The translations under genes and the position numbers were made by a program. This document shows positions 46,001 to 61,762 of a stretch of DNA of 64,000 nucleotides, in pieces. Source of the stretch: the human T2T-CHM13v2.0 reference genome, Homo sapiens; the NCBI RefSeq assembly GCF_009914755.1, contig NC_060926.1; one strand, written 5' to 3'. Each line of letters begins with the position of its first letter. Position 1 is the stretch's first letter. Below the pieces are notes generated by a model that saw only the letters and a program-made list of their open reading frames with translations, ran no database searches and had not been told where the DNA came from.

Positions 46001-48976
46001 AAGTTTTGATCTTTGGCTTATTTGATTTATTTTTAATTGATAGAAACCAAGCCATTCCTGTGCCTCTCAAAAATCTATCTGTGGAAAATATTTTAACTTT
46101 TAACCAAATTATGTCTTCCCAGTATTAGTGACCCTCTATGTTAAAATGTTTTTCCCTTGAAAGTTAGAACTCCAATGTTGTTAGAAGAGTTTGATTCTCT
46201 TTTTGAAGAATCATAGAAACACAGTACAGTTTTGTACCTGTGGCCTTTGGATTTTGATTCACATTGAATTTGATGCCAGGAGTTACATGGAAAAGTCAAT
46301 AATAATCCGTGGATCATTGCCTTACTCTGACACTGGGTGAATTAGCCTGCTGGGGTAATGTTCTCCAGCTTGTGTAATGGGCCTATCTAGTAGCAAGACA
46401 GCAGCCATATGAAACACCTGGGTGGTCTTCCAGAGTACTTTCACATGGATTAGATTTCAGTTATCCAACGTGAGGTCACAAAGGCTTAGACAGCTGGGCT
46501 GGTGCCACATCATGAACAGAGTGCGACTTCTTCCTACCGGATGCATAATGTAAAAGGTGCCTGAGGTTAAAGCTGATCCTTGGGCTCCAGGAGCAGATAT
46601 GGGTCAAATGAGGTCTCAAACCACAGTTGGAAATGTTGGGAAAGTCTCTATACAGGAAAGAATCAGATTTTCCTCTGGCACTTTCATTAGGCATGTTCTC
46701 TGCCAGAAAAGCCTAGTTTCTGAGTTTTCTGGATTGAGCTTTATTTGATTAACACTGGTTTAAAGTTTTAGGTGTTATTAAGCAGAAACAGAAGAAAGGG
46801 CCTGAGTGGCCCTTTCCTGTTACACAGAAAACAGCATTTGAGGCACATAGGCTTTGGAATAAAATCACCTTTTTAGTGTTCTTAGAGATAACAGTGGCTC
46901 CAAAGCCCACCATTTTTTTCCAGTCTTGCCAGGAACTTTGAATGATCCAATAAAAGGTAATGATCAAAGGTTTCAAATGCAACTGATAAATCATATAGAT
47001 TTGTATTCAGGATGCCTGAAATTGACTTGTGGATGTTTCTCATCTATCAAGAAGGACTTGGTGATTTGAATTTAGTACTTTGATGTTGCAGTAATTGTTT
47101 GCAACTGCAGCTCAATGGCCTGAAGGCATTGCTCATTTCTCCCTTTCTCTTCTTGCAAAGAGCTCTTGAAGTATTCTTTTACAGGCTGTTCTCAACTCAC
47201 TGGGGGCTGTGACCTAAAATTTAGGATAAGAGAATAGTTCCATAAACACTTGGTACAGACCAACAACAATGCCCTAATGAGCCATCCCAAATGTGCACCA
47301 TTCTGAATCAATCATCCCAAGTCCACACCCTCTTCACTGGATATATATTAAGATTCACTTCATGGTATTTATAAGGGAATTACTAAAGAAATCATGGGGA
47401 AAAGATTCCTCTACTTATTATTTTAGTCAAGGTATTTCATATATTTATAAGTTACAAATATCTTTCAAAGTATATTTTAACCAGTTCCTCAATACTTGAA
47501 AAAAATGCTATAGATTATCTCCTTTTGGAAGATAATCTATTTCTTCCTGCTATTTCAATTAGATTAAATTAAAACACTCCCAAATTAAGGCTTTCTGGTA
47601 ATGTTTTCTAACCGTATTCTGTAGTTTCCTCAATCAGTTGTTCCACTAGTCATTTAGTGCATGCCTATATTCTGGCTGAGCAAATGTATCAATATTCATG
47701 CAAGGGTGTCCATCTCTAGCATCAAAAGCCACGTGCCCATCTGTCTACTATGAATATCTTAGTCATCATTTTACACCAATATATTATCTTATATATCTTC
47801 TGCATCTCAAAATTCTTTTTAAAATTCAGCTCATCCACAGAATCTTTTCAGGTGAACTCAACTATTATCCCTTTAGCTATTCCATGGGTTGCCATAAATC
47901 TTATGAATATAGATTAACCTCATAAATATCTAGGATCTAAGACTGTAAAGTATCACAAACTGAAAGATCAACTGTCAGGGCAGTAGATTCCTCTATAAGC
48001 CACAGTAATTGACGAGATTGAGTCAGTATCTCTGTGCATCTACTGGGATTGTTTAGCATCGTTGTTGGTGTCACTTTTATGCTCATTTACCATTAAGTTG
48101 CAAGGCTGATAACATGTGCTGCATTAGTGTGAATCGTGTTTATTTTAAAATAAATGTTGATGCTGAAGAAAAAAGTGTTAGTTGAGGGGAAACAAACCAG
48201 ACAGTAGCAACTTATTTACATACTAGACGAGATACCCTTTTCATGACCTCCAAAGTTCTCAGGTCTGGGACATTTCATACTCTAAAGATTACTTAGCTTA
48301 AACATCTGTCTTTGCGCCTGTAGCTTTGTTTGGTTCAATTTGGCATGCCTCTGTTGAGTGCCTATTCTGCTAGGGATCCTAAGTGATTGACTAAAGGAAG
48401 TGGCTTGCCATCAAACAGCTTACAATGTGGTTCCACCCTATTCTCCCAGATATCACTTTCTCTCTCACATTCTTGTTTGACAACTTGTTCTATCCCGATT
48501 TTAAATGTCCGTATTTATTTATTTACTTGTTGATGATTGGTCTTCCAACAATCCACAGCTCTTCACAAGCAAGGCCTTTGTGTTGTGTGCTGATGTATCC
48601 AGAATGCCTGGAAGACCAGCTGGCACATTTTAGGCATTCAGTAAATATTTAATGACTCAAGGGGAGACAAAATACAACTACATACACAAGACAAATAGGG
48701 ATATAACACACCCTAAAAAGATACAAAAACAGATCCACATTTTGCAATGCTCTAACTACAAAACTTGGGGGGATTGCTATTTAAGAAAAGCAGCAATAAT
48801 TTTTTAAAAATTATATAGAAATGAATTATTTAGCATGAAAAATAATCGCAATTTATAAATAAAGTTAACATACTAGAGATGACAAAATGTGAGAAATAAT
48901 ATTAATGATATATTAACACATGAAAATATCTCGATATTATACTTTTTTCTCTATAATTTTTGGCCATGTGTTCTTT

Positions 48977-49367
<391 letters not shown>

Positions 49368-49724
49368 TAGCATGGGTAATCCAAATTGTTTTTGTTTAAA
49401 TAACATTTGGGACATATAAAGGGCTTCACACATACATACTTGTAACTATGAAACTGCTACAGGTTTGTGTCTTACTAGCGTGGGAATTTTAATTCTGTGC
49501 TGCATTTTCAAGTATATTCTATATAAGAGAGAAGTTCCCATTTGTCAAGGTATCGATGAGAACTGAATTATTTGCTTATAATTGTATAGATCTGGTGAGT
49601 GAACAAATCTTCCATAGAGTAGCTCTGGCTTTGTGCATTTCAAATTTTGTTTATCTTCCAGTGCCCACATACTTACAGTGCTGGTGCAAAAACAGCACAG
49701 CCACATCATTACTTCACCTGGCCC

Positions 49725-49917
49725 TGTACCTTAGTATCATGAAACTGGTTGAACTTGCACAGTGGGTGTTGGGAATATTCTTATATTACTCACCAAGATG
49801 ACTGGCAATAGATTATATGCAGAATTGTTTGTGAGCCACATAAAAATAGTCCATTATATATATTCTACTATGTATATAAATAATCCACTATATCTATCTA
49901 TCGGAGTCAGAGATATA

Positions 49918-49969
<52 letters not shown>

Positions 49970-50249
49970 GGCTATATATATATGAGATATATAAAATATA
50001 TAATATATATAATGGGCTATATATATGAGATATATCTCTGACTCCACTATATATATATATATATGACTATTTTTACATATAGGGGACTATTTATATATAT
50101 AGTAGAATATATATAATGGCCTATTTTTATGTGGCTCAGAAACAATTCTGCATATAGTTAATTTATTGCCATTCATCTTGGTGAGTAATAGAAACATTTT
50201 TCCAACACCCACTGTGCATGTTCAACCAGTTTCATTATACAGAGGTACA
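49725..50249. repeat. Inverted duplication (quasi-palindrome) around a (TA)22-containing core
   Basis: 49725-49882 is ~90% identical to the reverse complement of 50088-50249; inner 28-bp perfect arms 49903-49930 / 50018-50045. Confidence 0.95.
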
Positions 50250-51870
50250 TATATATTATATATATATAAAAAATATGTAGTATATAGTGGACTATATATA
50301 TAAAATAAGTATATAGTGGACTATATATATAAAATATGTATATAGTGGGCTATATATATAAATATATGTATATAGTGGGCTATATATATAAATATATGTA
50401 TATAGTGGGCTATATATATAAAAATATATGTATATAGTGGGCTATATATATAAAAATATATGTATATAGTGGGCTATATATATAAAAATATATGTATATA
50501 GTGGGCTATATATATAAAAATATATAGCAGACTATATAAAAAATATACGTATATAGCAGACTATATATAAAAATATATGTATATAGTGGACTATATATAT
50601 AAAAATATATGTATATAGCGGACTATATATATAAAAACATATAGCAGACTATATATAAAAAATATATATATAGCAGACTATATATACAAAAAATATATAT
50701 ACACAGCGGACTATATGTACAAAAAATATATATACACAGCGGACTGTATGTACAAAAAATATATATACACAGCGGACTGTATGTACAAAAAGTATATATA
50801 CACAGCGGACTGTATGTACAAAAAATATATATACACAGCGGACTGTATGTACAAAAAATATATATACACAGCGGACTGTATGTACAAAAAATATATATAC
50901 ACAGCGGACTGTATGTACAAAAAATATATATACACAGCGGACTGTATGTACAAAAAATATATATACACAGCGGACTGTATGTACAAAAAATATATATACA
51001 CAACGGACTGTATGTACAAAAAACATATATAGTGGACTGTATATGTAAAGAACATATGTAGCGGACTGTATATATAAAGAACATATATAGCGGACTGTAT
51101 ATATAAAAAACATATAGTGGACTGTATATATAAAGAACATATATAGCGGACTGTATATATAAAAAACATATATAGCGGACTGTATATATAAAAAATATAT
51201 ACATATATAGCGGACTGTATACATAAAACAAATATACATATGTAGCGGACTGTATATATAAAACAAATATACATATATAGCGGACTGTATATATAAAACA
51301 AATATACATATATAGCGGACTGTATATATAAAACAAATATACATATATAGCGGACTGTATATATAAAACAAATATATATATAGCGGACTATATATAAAAA
51401 TATGTATATAGTGGACTGTGTATATAAAAATATATATATAGTGGACTATTTGTATAAAATATATATATATAGTGGACTATTTGTATAAAATATATATAGT
51501 GGACTATTTGTATAAAATATATATAGTGGACTATTTGTATAAAATATATATAGTGGACTATTTGTATAAAATATATATATAGTGGACTATATGTATAAAA
51601 TATATATAGTGGACTATATGCATAAAATATATATGGTGGACTATATGCATAAAATATAGTGGACTATATATATAAAATATATAGTGGACTATATATATAA
51701 AATATGTATATAGTGTACTATACATATGTAAAATATATACAGTGGACTATATATAAGATATATGTACAGTCGACTATATATATTTTATATATATTTTATA
51801 TATAGTCGACTGTATAAAATATGTATATAGTGGACTATATATAATGTATATAGTGGACTATATATATATA
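50250..51870. repeat. AT-rich compound minisatellite (VNTR), units 27-35 bp
   Basis: Core TATAG(T/C)GGACT; blocks of 30-32 bp, 33 bp (ATGTACAAAAAATATATATACACAGCGGACTGT, ~9-10 copies), 35 bp and 27 bp units. Confidence 0.97.
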
Positions 51871-53640
51871 TGATATATCTCTGACTCAGTTTCCCCTTAA
51901 CTGGAATTCCAAAAATACTCTGGGCCACTTCATTGCCACCCAATGGGAGGAAGAGTAGTATGGATGGAACCTTAGTGATGGAAGAGATTACAGGGTTAAC
52001 CTATAGCAATTAAAATATTTTACTTATGTAAATTTTACAAAATTATATAATCATGTGATCTTGTTACTAAGGCTCCTCTTGGCATCATGTAAGGGGCTCA
52101 TGCAAATGAGGACCCCTGAAATTACATTTATTTCCCCACGCAAATCTGCATCTGGGCATTCCAAAGAAATAGAGATTGTTTATAATTATTGGGAGTAGAC
52201 CTTCAAAGTGGGACAGGATTACAACTGATTGCAGTATTAGAGAATAATCATTTAGAGGTCACATGATCTAGGACATTTTTAGGTGATGGCAGGTGGTCTG
52301 TTTGGCATATACACCTGAAAAAGAATGTAGTATAAGATATAATTAGTGGTTGAGGCAAACCCTTGAGGTCCTTGAATGCCAGAACAAGAAATTGGGAGGT
52401 TGACGCACACATAATCAAAATCCTTCCTTTCATCTCTGTGATTCAGGAGCTTTTATTTGGATTTATTAATTCAGATATATTTGTTTATTTCAGTTAGTAC
52501 TTTACTTGTTTTTTTAGAGTGTATGCCTTTCAAAGACCTGGACCTTTGCTTGCACCAAACCTCCTCTGTCGCTTTATCCTTAACCCTTGAGACCTAGTGC
52601 ATATCTGAGACCTGGCATTAACTAACCTTAAGTAGCATGAGCAAATTTATATTGTAAAGTAGCTTAAAAATTTTGAAAAATTGCAGATTTGTGAATACAA
52701 CTGGATAAAATGTGAAAACTTTAATAGTTCAACCCACTTCAAGTGGAAGTCATTCGTCTTCAGAGACAAGTATAAGTCCCAATAAAAGTGAGTTAAAAAC
52801 CCCTTCACATATTTTTGTAGCACTGGCTTTCCAATTTCAGCTGTTTTCCAAATACTAAAAGATGCTTTATCATGCGTGTGCTTATTCATATCCATTGTGT
52901 AGTCAGTTGACTATTTTGTGAATTACTTGCATTTGTCCATCATGTGTTGAACAAACATGGTTTTTGCAATCTGAAATGAGAGAAAAATGATATGAAATGT
53001 CAGTTGACTTGAACTTCCTTCCTCGTTTTATGGCAATAGTGGGAGTCTCTTTTCTAATGGACTCATATTTAAGATGAAAGTTTTTGACTTAGTTTCCTTA
53101 GTGTGGTTTTCGCATCACAGTATCTGAAAGCATGTCCTAGCTGCTGCATTCATCACAGGCCAGGCACCAAACCGGGTCAGGCACTCCTGCGGCGAAAGTG
53201 ATCTCTTCTCAGTACTTTGCTATAAATTGTGCTGCTATTGATATCATTACCAGTTTTTTTTTTTTATGGGTCTCCAGATTTCAGTGTTGTGCAGTTTTTT
53301 TGGCATCAGCTGAAAAGCCCTATCTGATGCCCATAAAATCTATACAAAAAGAGAAAATGTAGTTGCCTCCAAAAACAAATGATGTACCACTTTCACTAGT
53401 CTTATTTTATTGAGTATTGATGGGAGTAATAGCAATACTGGTAAGGCATGTAAATCATCTGCAAGAAAGACTGTGTACTCTGGGAGAGGAGTTTGGATGC
53501 CTTGACTAGTGAGACAAGCATCTTACCAGATATGTCCTTGTGACCATGGGTTGATGTTTTCCTCTCAGGTACTCAGCTTCCACCATACCTTCCTTTTACC
53601 TGTATCTTTCTATCAAAGTATTTCTTTCTGATGGACAGTT

Positions 53641-53951
53641 TATTTTATTTTATTTATTTATTTATTTTTGAGACGGAATCTCGCTTTGTCACCCAGGTTG
53701 GAGTGCAGTGGCGCGATCTCAGCTCACTGCAACCTCTGCCTCCCGGATTCAGGTAATTTTCCCTGCCTCAGCTTCTCGGGTAGCTGCAATTACAGGTGTG
53801 CACCACCACACCCCACTAATCTTTGTATTTTAGTAGAGATGGGGTTTTGTCATGTTGGCCAGGCTGGTCTCGAACTCCTGACCTCAGGTGATCCGCCTGC
53901 CTTGGTTTCCCAAAGTGTTGGGATTACTGGCGTGAGCCACCACACTCAGCC
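53641..53951 (-). mobile_element. AluS (Sx-like)
   Basis: Full antisense Alu with (TTTA)n tail. Confidence 0.95.
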
Positions 53952-54132
53952 TGCTGACCAGTTTAGATGAAAAGAATTGCTGCTGCATTGAAGAGGTGTT
54001 ATTCCCCTTACTTCTATGCACTTACCCAGATAGAGAATGTGGCCCTGCCATAGGAAAGTGTCAGGTGAGTAAAACTAGAGTAGAAATAAAGTTCAAAAGA
54101 TTTGGAAACTTCATTTTTCTGGGCTTCAGTTC

Positions 54133-54443
54133 TTTTTTTTGTTTGTTGTGTTTGTTTGTTTTTGAGACAGAGTCTCGCTCTGTTACCGAGGCTGGAATGC
54201 AGTGGCACAATCTCGGCTCCCTGCAACCTCTGCCTCCTGGGATCAAGTGATCCTTCTGCCTCAGCCTCCTGAGTAGCTGGGACTACGAGTGCATGCCACC
54301 ATGCCCAGCTAATTTTTATGTTTTTAGTAGAGATGGGGTTTCACCATATTGGCCAGGCTGGTCTCGAACTCCTGACCTCGTGATCCACCCACCTTGGCCT
54401 CCCAAAGTTCTGGGATTATAGGCATAAGCCACCACGCCCGGCT
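54133..54443 (-). mobile_element. AluS (Sg-like)
   Basis: Antisense Alu, GACCTCGTGATCC diagnostic, TSD CTTCAGT(T/A)CTTTTT. Confidence 0.93.
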
Positions 54444-57400
54444 ACTTCAGTACTTTTATTGGCTATCTAAATTAGAAAACTATCTTTTTACAGGTCTACA
54501 CTGGCACTTTGTTGCAGCCCCTCCTCCGTGCTCATTTAGCCAGCAAGAAAAGGGGGAGCAGCTTCTTTGAGGTGACAGTGCTAGAATAATGGTTAGAAGG
54601 AAAGTTTCTGACCTATAGTCTTTTTGTACCATATCTCTGAAGGATACACCCATATTTTTTCAAACTCATTCAACAGTTGTTAAAGTTCAAGATAATTGAG
54701 AGGTATTGTTCCAGGTGCTGACTAGTTGCAAAGTCTGTTAAGGAAATGTACTACATGAAACCAAGATGCAGCCTATACTGTCTTTCTATGCTATTAATAT
54801 GGATTACCTGGAAGAATGTGTTTTTTTCTACTTCTTTCTCTCTTCTCTAATTTGCAAGAACTTTAGCCACTTGCAATTTACTTTCATCATCAATGTAAAA
54901 AATTTACCAACTTACACGTATTTTAATTCAGAGCATTTTCTTCTGTTCATATTTATCTTGTTATCCTAAGTGTCAACAGTCGTGGAAGGAGAGTGTGTTT
55001 TTTTTTTCTTCAAACTGTCCAACTGTTTTGGTAGCACCAAAGGAATCCCTTAGGGCAAAGGAAAATCGAGACTCTGAAAAGACCAGCCCCCTAAAGAGGA
55101 GTCTCTTTGCACATAAACAGGTTATCGTGTTAATCCCAGTTCCCTTCTCCATGCTTTCACCCCACCCATTTCTCTGAGCACTCCTCTGTGACTTTATTAA
55201 ACAATAAGCATTCTATATTTCTTTCTTTCTGAAAATTCTGAGAGAGTATGAAATCCTGGCTTTTGCGTTATTTTGCATGCGATGCCATTAATAGTTCTTT
55301 ACTGATTCCTCCTTTTTATTTTCCTCTGTTCACTTCATGTTTGTATCTACCTGCTCATTCTAGAAACCAATATGATTTTCATTATCAGCTTCATATTCAT
55401 CTTTGTGAATGCCCACCCTATTGAAAATCTAGTCTTTGGTTTCTCACGCATATCAAGACATTTTAGATTAAAAGCAAATAATTCTAACAGTCAGTGGGCT
55501 GAAGCCAAGATTTGTATTTTCTCTGAGACAAATCATAGCAGTTGCCAAAACCTCCCTATTGCTCTTCTTCAAGCCAGAAATGAGAATGATTTTAGGTGTC
55601 TGTTTTATGCTCCTTCTCATTTGCTTTTTATGTGTAGTCAGTTTCTGAATTCTCCTGTGTCCTCCTCCAGGTTCTCTCTCCATTTCTGCCTGTGACTGCT
55701 GACACCCTGTTCACCTTCTCCACGTTGCCCTTCTAGCCTCTCTGTGCGTGAGGTCCTCTAGTTCTTACAGAATGTCTTGTCAGTGCTTTCACCGTGACCT
55801 GCCCCCCACCCCGAGAGCTGTCCAGGTGTCAGTCACCCTAGGATGAAATGACACCAATATTGGTGACAAGCTGGCCTTCTGGTTATGCTCAGGAGAATCA
55901 TTAACCATCTTTAAATAAATAAATCCCTGCTGCTACTCCCCATACAATTTAGAACATGTGCCTTGTAACTTTTGATGTGGGGCTCTTGTTTGAAGCCATT
56001 GTTGTTTTCCCTGCTGCCTGCATCATCATATGTTATGTGATTCTTCAGGACCTTGGTTTCAATCTCTATAACTGCCTATCCTTCAAAACCCCCAAACATA
56101 TTATTAAATGACGTCACCTGTCATTTAAGCCATCTCCATCCCAAACATATCCTCCAAATGAAAATCCACTGAGAGGGAGAGGGAGAATGTGATTATAACA
56201 AAGAGACAGAAACTTATAGAGGTAGCACCTTACATTTTTGTTGGTCTTTATATCTTGCATGATTCATTGGTATACCAATTTCACCCTTTAACTAATGGCT
56301 GCCACTTTCAAAATTGTTTTCCTCAAACTGAATTAGACGACCCTCCTCTTGGCTTCCTTAGTGACATTTAAAGGGGACATGGATCAGTACCTGGACCCCA
56401 TTTAATACCAGCTGCCCCACCATTAAAATAGTGATTACTGGAGAATTAGAAGATGCACCATCATTCATAGACACTTGGGAACTGACTTCACTTTCTCCTA
56501 TGAGGACGTGGCTTGACTGGTGTTAATTGGCCTAAATTCTGTTAAAACCTGACAAATCTTGCCATCTTCCTAAAGGTCTGTACAGTAAGTGAGTGTGTAA
56601 GTTTTTCCTGAATGTGGTATAAGTCCTGAATGTCAGTGGAGAATATTCTAGTGAGAATTATGCTTATCCTGATATGGCAAGATCCTATCTGGTGAGGACA
56701 TAGTCACCAGCAGCTACATACCCAATCAGGGACTCTTCTATTCCTGCATCTAGTAGCTTTCTCTTTGGCTTCCATTCAGTTTCAAGTATCAACTAAATAA
56801 AATGGGGACTTGATCTAGCCTCTGGTGTATGTTTTCATTGGTGTGTGTTCTCCAATAAGCCACGTATAACCTACTTGAACACTTTAGTGGTACCTGCCTT
56901 TTTGTGTGCTGGGGTGTACTGAAATGTTCCTCATTTCCACATTTCCTTTTCTGAAAGATAACTTGAGAGTGGATGAACACCATGACTGCTGATCTTAATA
57001 TCCTCATCCCTTCTCCCTGTCCTGATGCATAAGGGCAACCTCAAATATTTAACTGTGTGAAAAAAAAAAAAACCCAGCAAGCAGTTCTATAAGAATTTAT
57101 GCTTTAAAATACTGAACAATTCCTATTTTATTTGTGCTTTGCTTCCAGTGGCTTTTAAACTATGATTCTAAGGAACATTGTTGTTCCTTGAGCTGAATCT
57201 GGGGTTTTTGCCTCTAAATTCCAATAATAAGTCTTTTCTTAATTAGCTGAAAAAAAACTAATGAATAGCAAAATTTTCCCATTTTTGAACTCCCTTCTCA
57301 CCTCATCTTTATTTGTGTAAAAGTTTTGATTCGTATTGTAAGGTTATATTTGTTTTAGTGCAAGGTTAGATTTTATTATTTTAATTTACAAATTATTCCA

Positions 57401-57973
57401 TGAAAATTAACTTGACTTTCAAGAGCCTGGCTTTTTAAGCAGACGAGATAACACAGCTCACAATAAATAACAAGTGCTATTACCTACTTTTTTGGGGGAG
57501 GGAGTCCTGTATGAAAATTACATACCAGACAGTTCCATGTCCTATGCATGCCTTAATTTATTTCAGCCTCCCATCAGTTCTGTTATGTGCTATGTTCACC
57601 AAGTTTTAAGTGATGAGACTGAGTCACAGAGCAGTGCAAGTTCAATGCCACAGAGCAAACAAAGGCTCAATCTGTTTGACTCCAAAACCCAGGGTCCTCT
57701 CCACTGTCCTGACACATGACAGTTAGCAGTGTTAGTGTCTAATTGTTACTGTTAGATTTATAAGCTTCTTCACTGTAGAGGTTATGTTTCCTTTACTCCC
57801 TAACACTGGAAGCCTCTATGAAACTGGATAGAGTTGTCCCCTCTCATTTCAGTTAGCTTTCCTTGTACAATATGACTTCTACTCTACCATATATTCAAGG
57901 TTTTGCCCAAATTATCTTCAGTACTCCTAATTACCTGCCCTCTGTTGTGCATTAGGACTTACCTTTCTTTGTC

Positions 57974-59007
<1,034 letters not shown>

Positions 59008-59407
59008 TTAAGGTGGAACTCAGTCTCTTCCTGACAGCCACCTTCAAATAGGGTTTAGTAGTTTAGAAAAACATTCTAGGAAGGGTTGTTTAAAAGTCTG
59101 AGATAACAGTTCATATTTAAAGATGCTCATTATTAATTTCAATGTGGAATGATTTGCACTTGTTATTAACACATTTAGAGAGAAAGAAAAATTAGAAGAT
59201 ACTCAACAGGAGACATTCAGGTGTGGAGTACAGAAAAGCCGAGAAGAAGAAAGTTATTCCTGATATGTTTAAGAAAGATCTAGCCATCTTAAAGTTTTTT
59301 TTTTTTTTTTATGTTTCAAATAGCTGATACACTGGTACAAAACTGAATTGTCATCTTCTAGGATACACTATAATACTATGGCATATTGATTGAATACACA
59401 AACCTGA

Positions 59408-59729
<322 letters not shown>

Positions 59730-59901
59730 TGAATGCATATTATTATAAAATTATATCTTAAATATTTTAGTGTGTTATTATTTAAAAAGCAGATACTGAT
59801 AGTGAATGAGGACTCATAGGCATGTGTCTTTAAATTTGAAGAAAAATTACCTACTGTGGCTTTTTTAAAGAAAATGTATTTATTACCTAAGAAAAACCAT
59901 G

Positions 59902-60009
59902 TCTCTCTCTCTCTCTCACACACGCACACATACACTCTCTCTCTCCATATATACACACACACACACACATACATATATATACATATACATATATAAACAT
60001 ATATATATG
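59902..60009. repeat. (CT)n(CA)n(TA)n compound microsatellite
   Basis: Read directly. Confidence 0.9.
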
Positions 60010-61762
60010 ACTCAGCTGCATAAAACAATGTAACTAAATTGTTGATCGCTAAAATGTTCACTTCTGTGCCTCTAAATCAAGTTGATTTTGACAATGAGGA
60101 AATGCCTTGGTGAACCATGTTGGTTTTACTTTTTGTTTATTTTCTCCCATTCAAGATTATCAACTTGTAATTTACTGGCCTGATTAAATGCTTGGAAATA
60201 AACCAGAGTTCTTGAATTTTGCCCCATTTTCTTAATTTTAAAGATAATGAGTTCCTTTGAGGATATTGCATTTAGACTGACTTGTTCATTTCATGTTGCT
60301 GGTAATTGAGGGGCTTAATCTGAAAGGAACTTAGTCTTCAGATTACCTAAGGGACAGAAAAAGATACTGGTATGGGACTGGGATCCTACTTTCTTAAAAT
60401 TTTATGGTACTTTTTCTTGCTTCTACTCTTCTTGTTTTTTTTTTTTAAAAATGTTTTATTTCAAAGAACAATTGCCAACCGTACAATTATTGGTATGTCA
60501 GTTGGTTAAGAAATGTTTGGGATGGAGGTGGAGGGATGGTGAAAAATGTAGTGATGTCTCTTAATAAAAAGGAAATAAAGGAATGTGAAGTTGGACTTTA
60601 TAATTCCTTTTGGCATAGGTTTGTGTCCTAAGTAGCATGTTAATTTCTTATCATGAAAGAAGTTTTTTTTTTTTTTTTTAAGAAAAGGAAGTTCTATCTG
60701 GACAAAGATAAAAAAATATTTGCAATTCTATGTTTTGTACAAACTAAGAATGTTAAAGCACACATAAAAACCAGGTTTGTAAATAACCTACAAAGTGGAT
60801 GAAAAATGTTCCTTTAAGCTGGAATCGCTTCAGAGGTTTGGGGAATCATTTTCAGAATATTGAGAAATGAGAAAATGCATTTCAACTGTTTTCTACTCTT
60901 TTCCCAAAAGTACAAAAATAAAACGCTAATTTTTATATGAGAGTGATTTTAAAACCACAAGCAGATTTTTTTTGAGATGTTTCTCTGTAGTGGCCAACTT
61001 TGTATGAAGCAAATTATTTTAGGCCTAATTGCAGTCAGAGCGGTTAGGCCGCTGGCTCTGCTAAGGTTGAATTTCATTTGAACTTTCTAATAGTATGATC
61101 TTTTTTCAGAATTTAATAACTGACTCAAATATTTAATAGTGGAAGCTTTCATTAAATTAAAAAGAAATCAGGATATATTTTTAGAAGAACTAACTTATTT
61201 TCTTTATCAGTTCTATCTACTTTAGGAGAAGAGGAAGAGAATGGAAGCAATCTCTTTGTGTACTTAAATAGGCATTAATGTTGTAACCCCAGCAAATAAT
61301 TTATTTTGGTCTATATCATCATTCAAAAGATTTGGAAAGCACCAAATGGCAGTAATAACTATACTTCCAGCTCTGTTGAATGGCAAATTACACTGACTGT
61401 GTGAATCCCTTCATTCGTCTCCTGGATAATCATTCTTTTTAATACTCACATATATTTTCTAGATCAGTTTTTAGATTGTACACAGTCAACTTGTGCATTG
61501 CCTAACAGTTTCTGTTAAACACAATGGCTTGTTTTGAAATGCAACTGGGGAAAGATGAGAGTTGAAAGATTTTGTTTCCATGTGTCAACCTATAAATAGA
61601 TGACAAAAGATCATTAAATGGATTAATTTACAAGCATCCTTAGAAATAGAATGTTTTTACATAAAAGCATGTTGTAAACCTTTTAAATTAAAGTGCATTG
61701 TGTCATGCACTCTCTTCACCCCAGGGTTCTTTTGACCTCTCACCTCTCACTTTGTCTTCCAG

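Noticed and set aside
49725-50249. MITE or DNA transposon with long TIRs
   Set aside because: Arms are interior sequence of the host element, no TSD, and the left arm is continuous with upstream sequence.
50623-51371. Long ORFs of 196-240 aa (YSPLCIYIFC, MYKKYIYTADC repeats)
   Set aside because: Artefacts of a stop-poor minisatellite with a 33-bp unit; no splice or promoter context.
50250-51870. CRISPR-like repeat array
   Set aside because: Units are head-to-tail with no unique spacers, no cas genes, and the DNA is primate.
53170-53200. Small CpG cluster with E2F-like GCGGCGAAA
   Set aside because: Single imperfect motif, no CpG island or other support.
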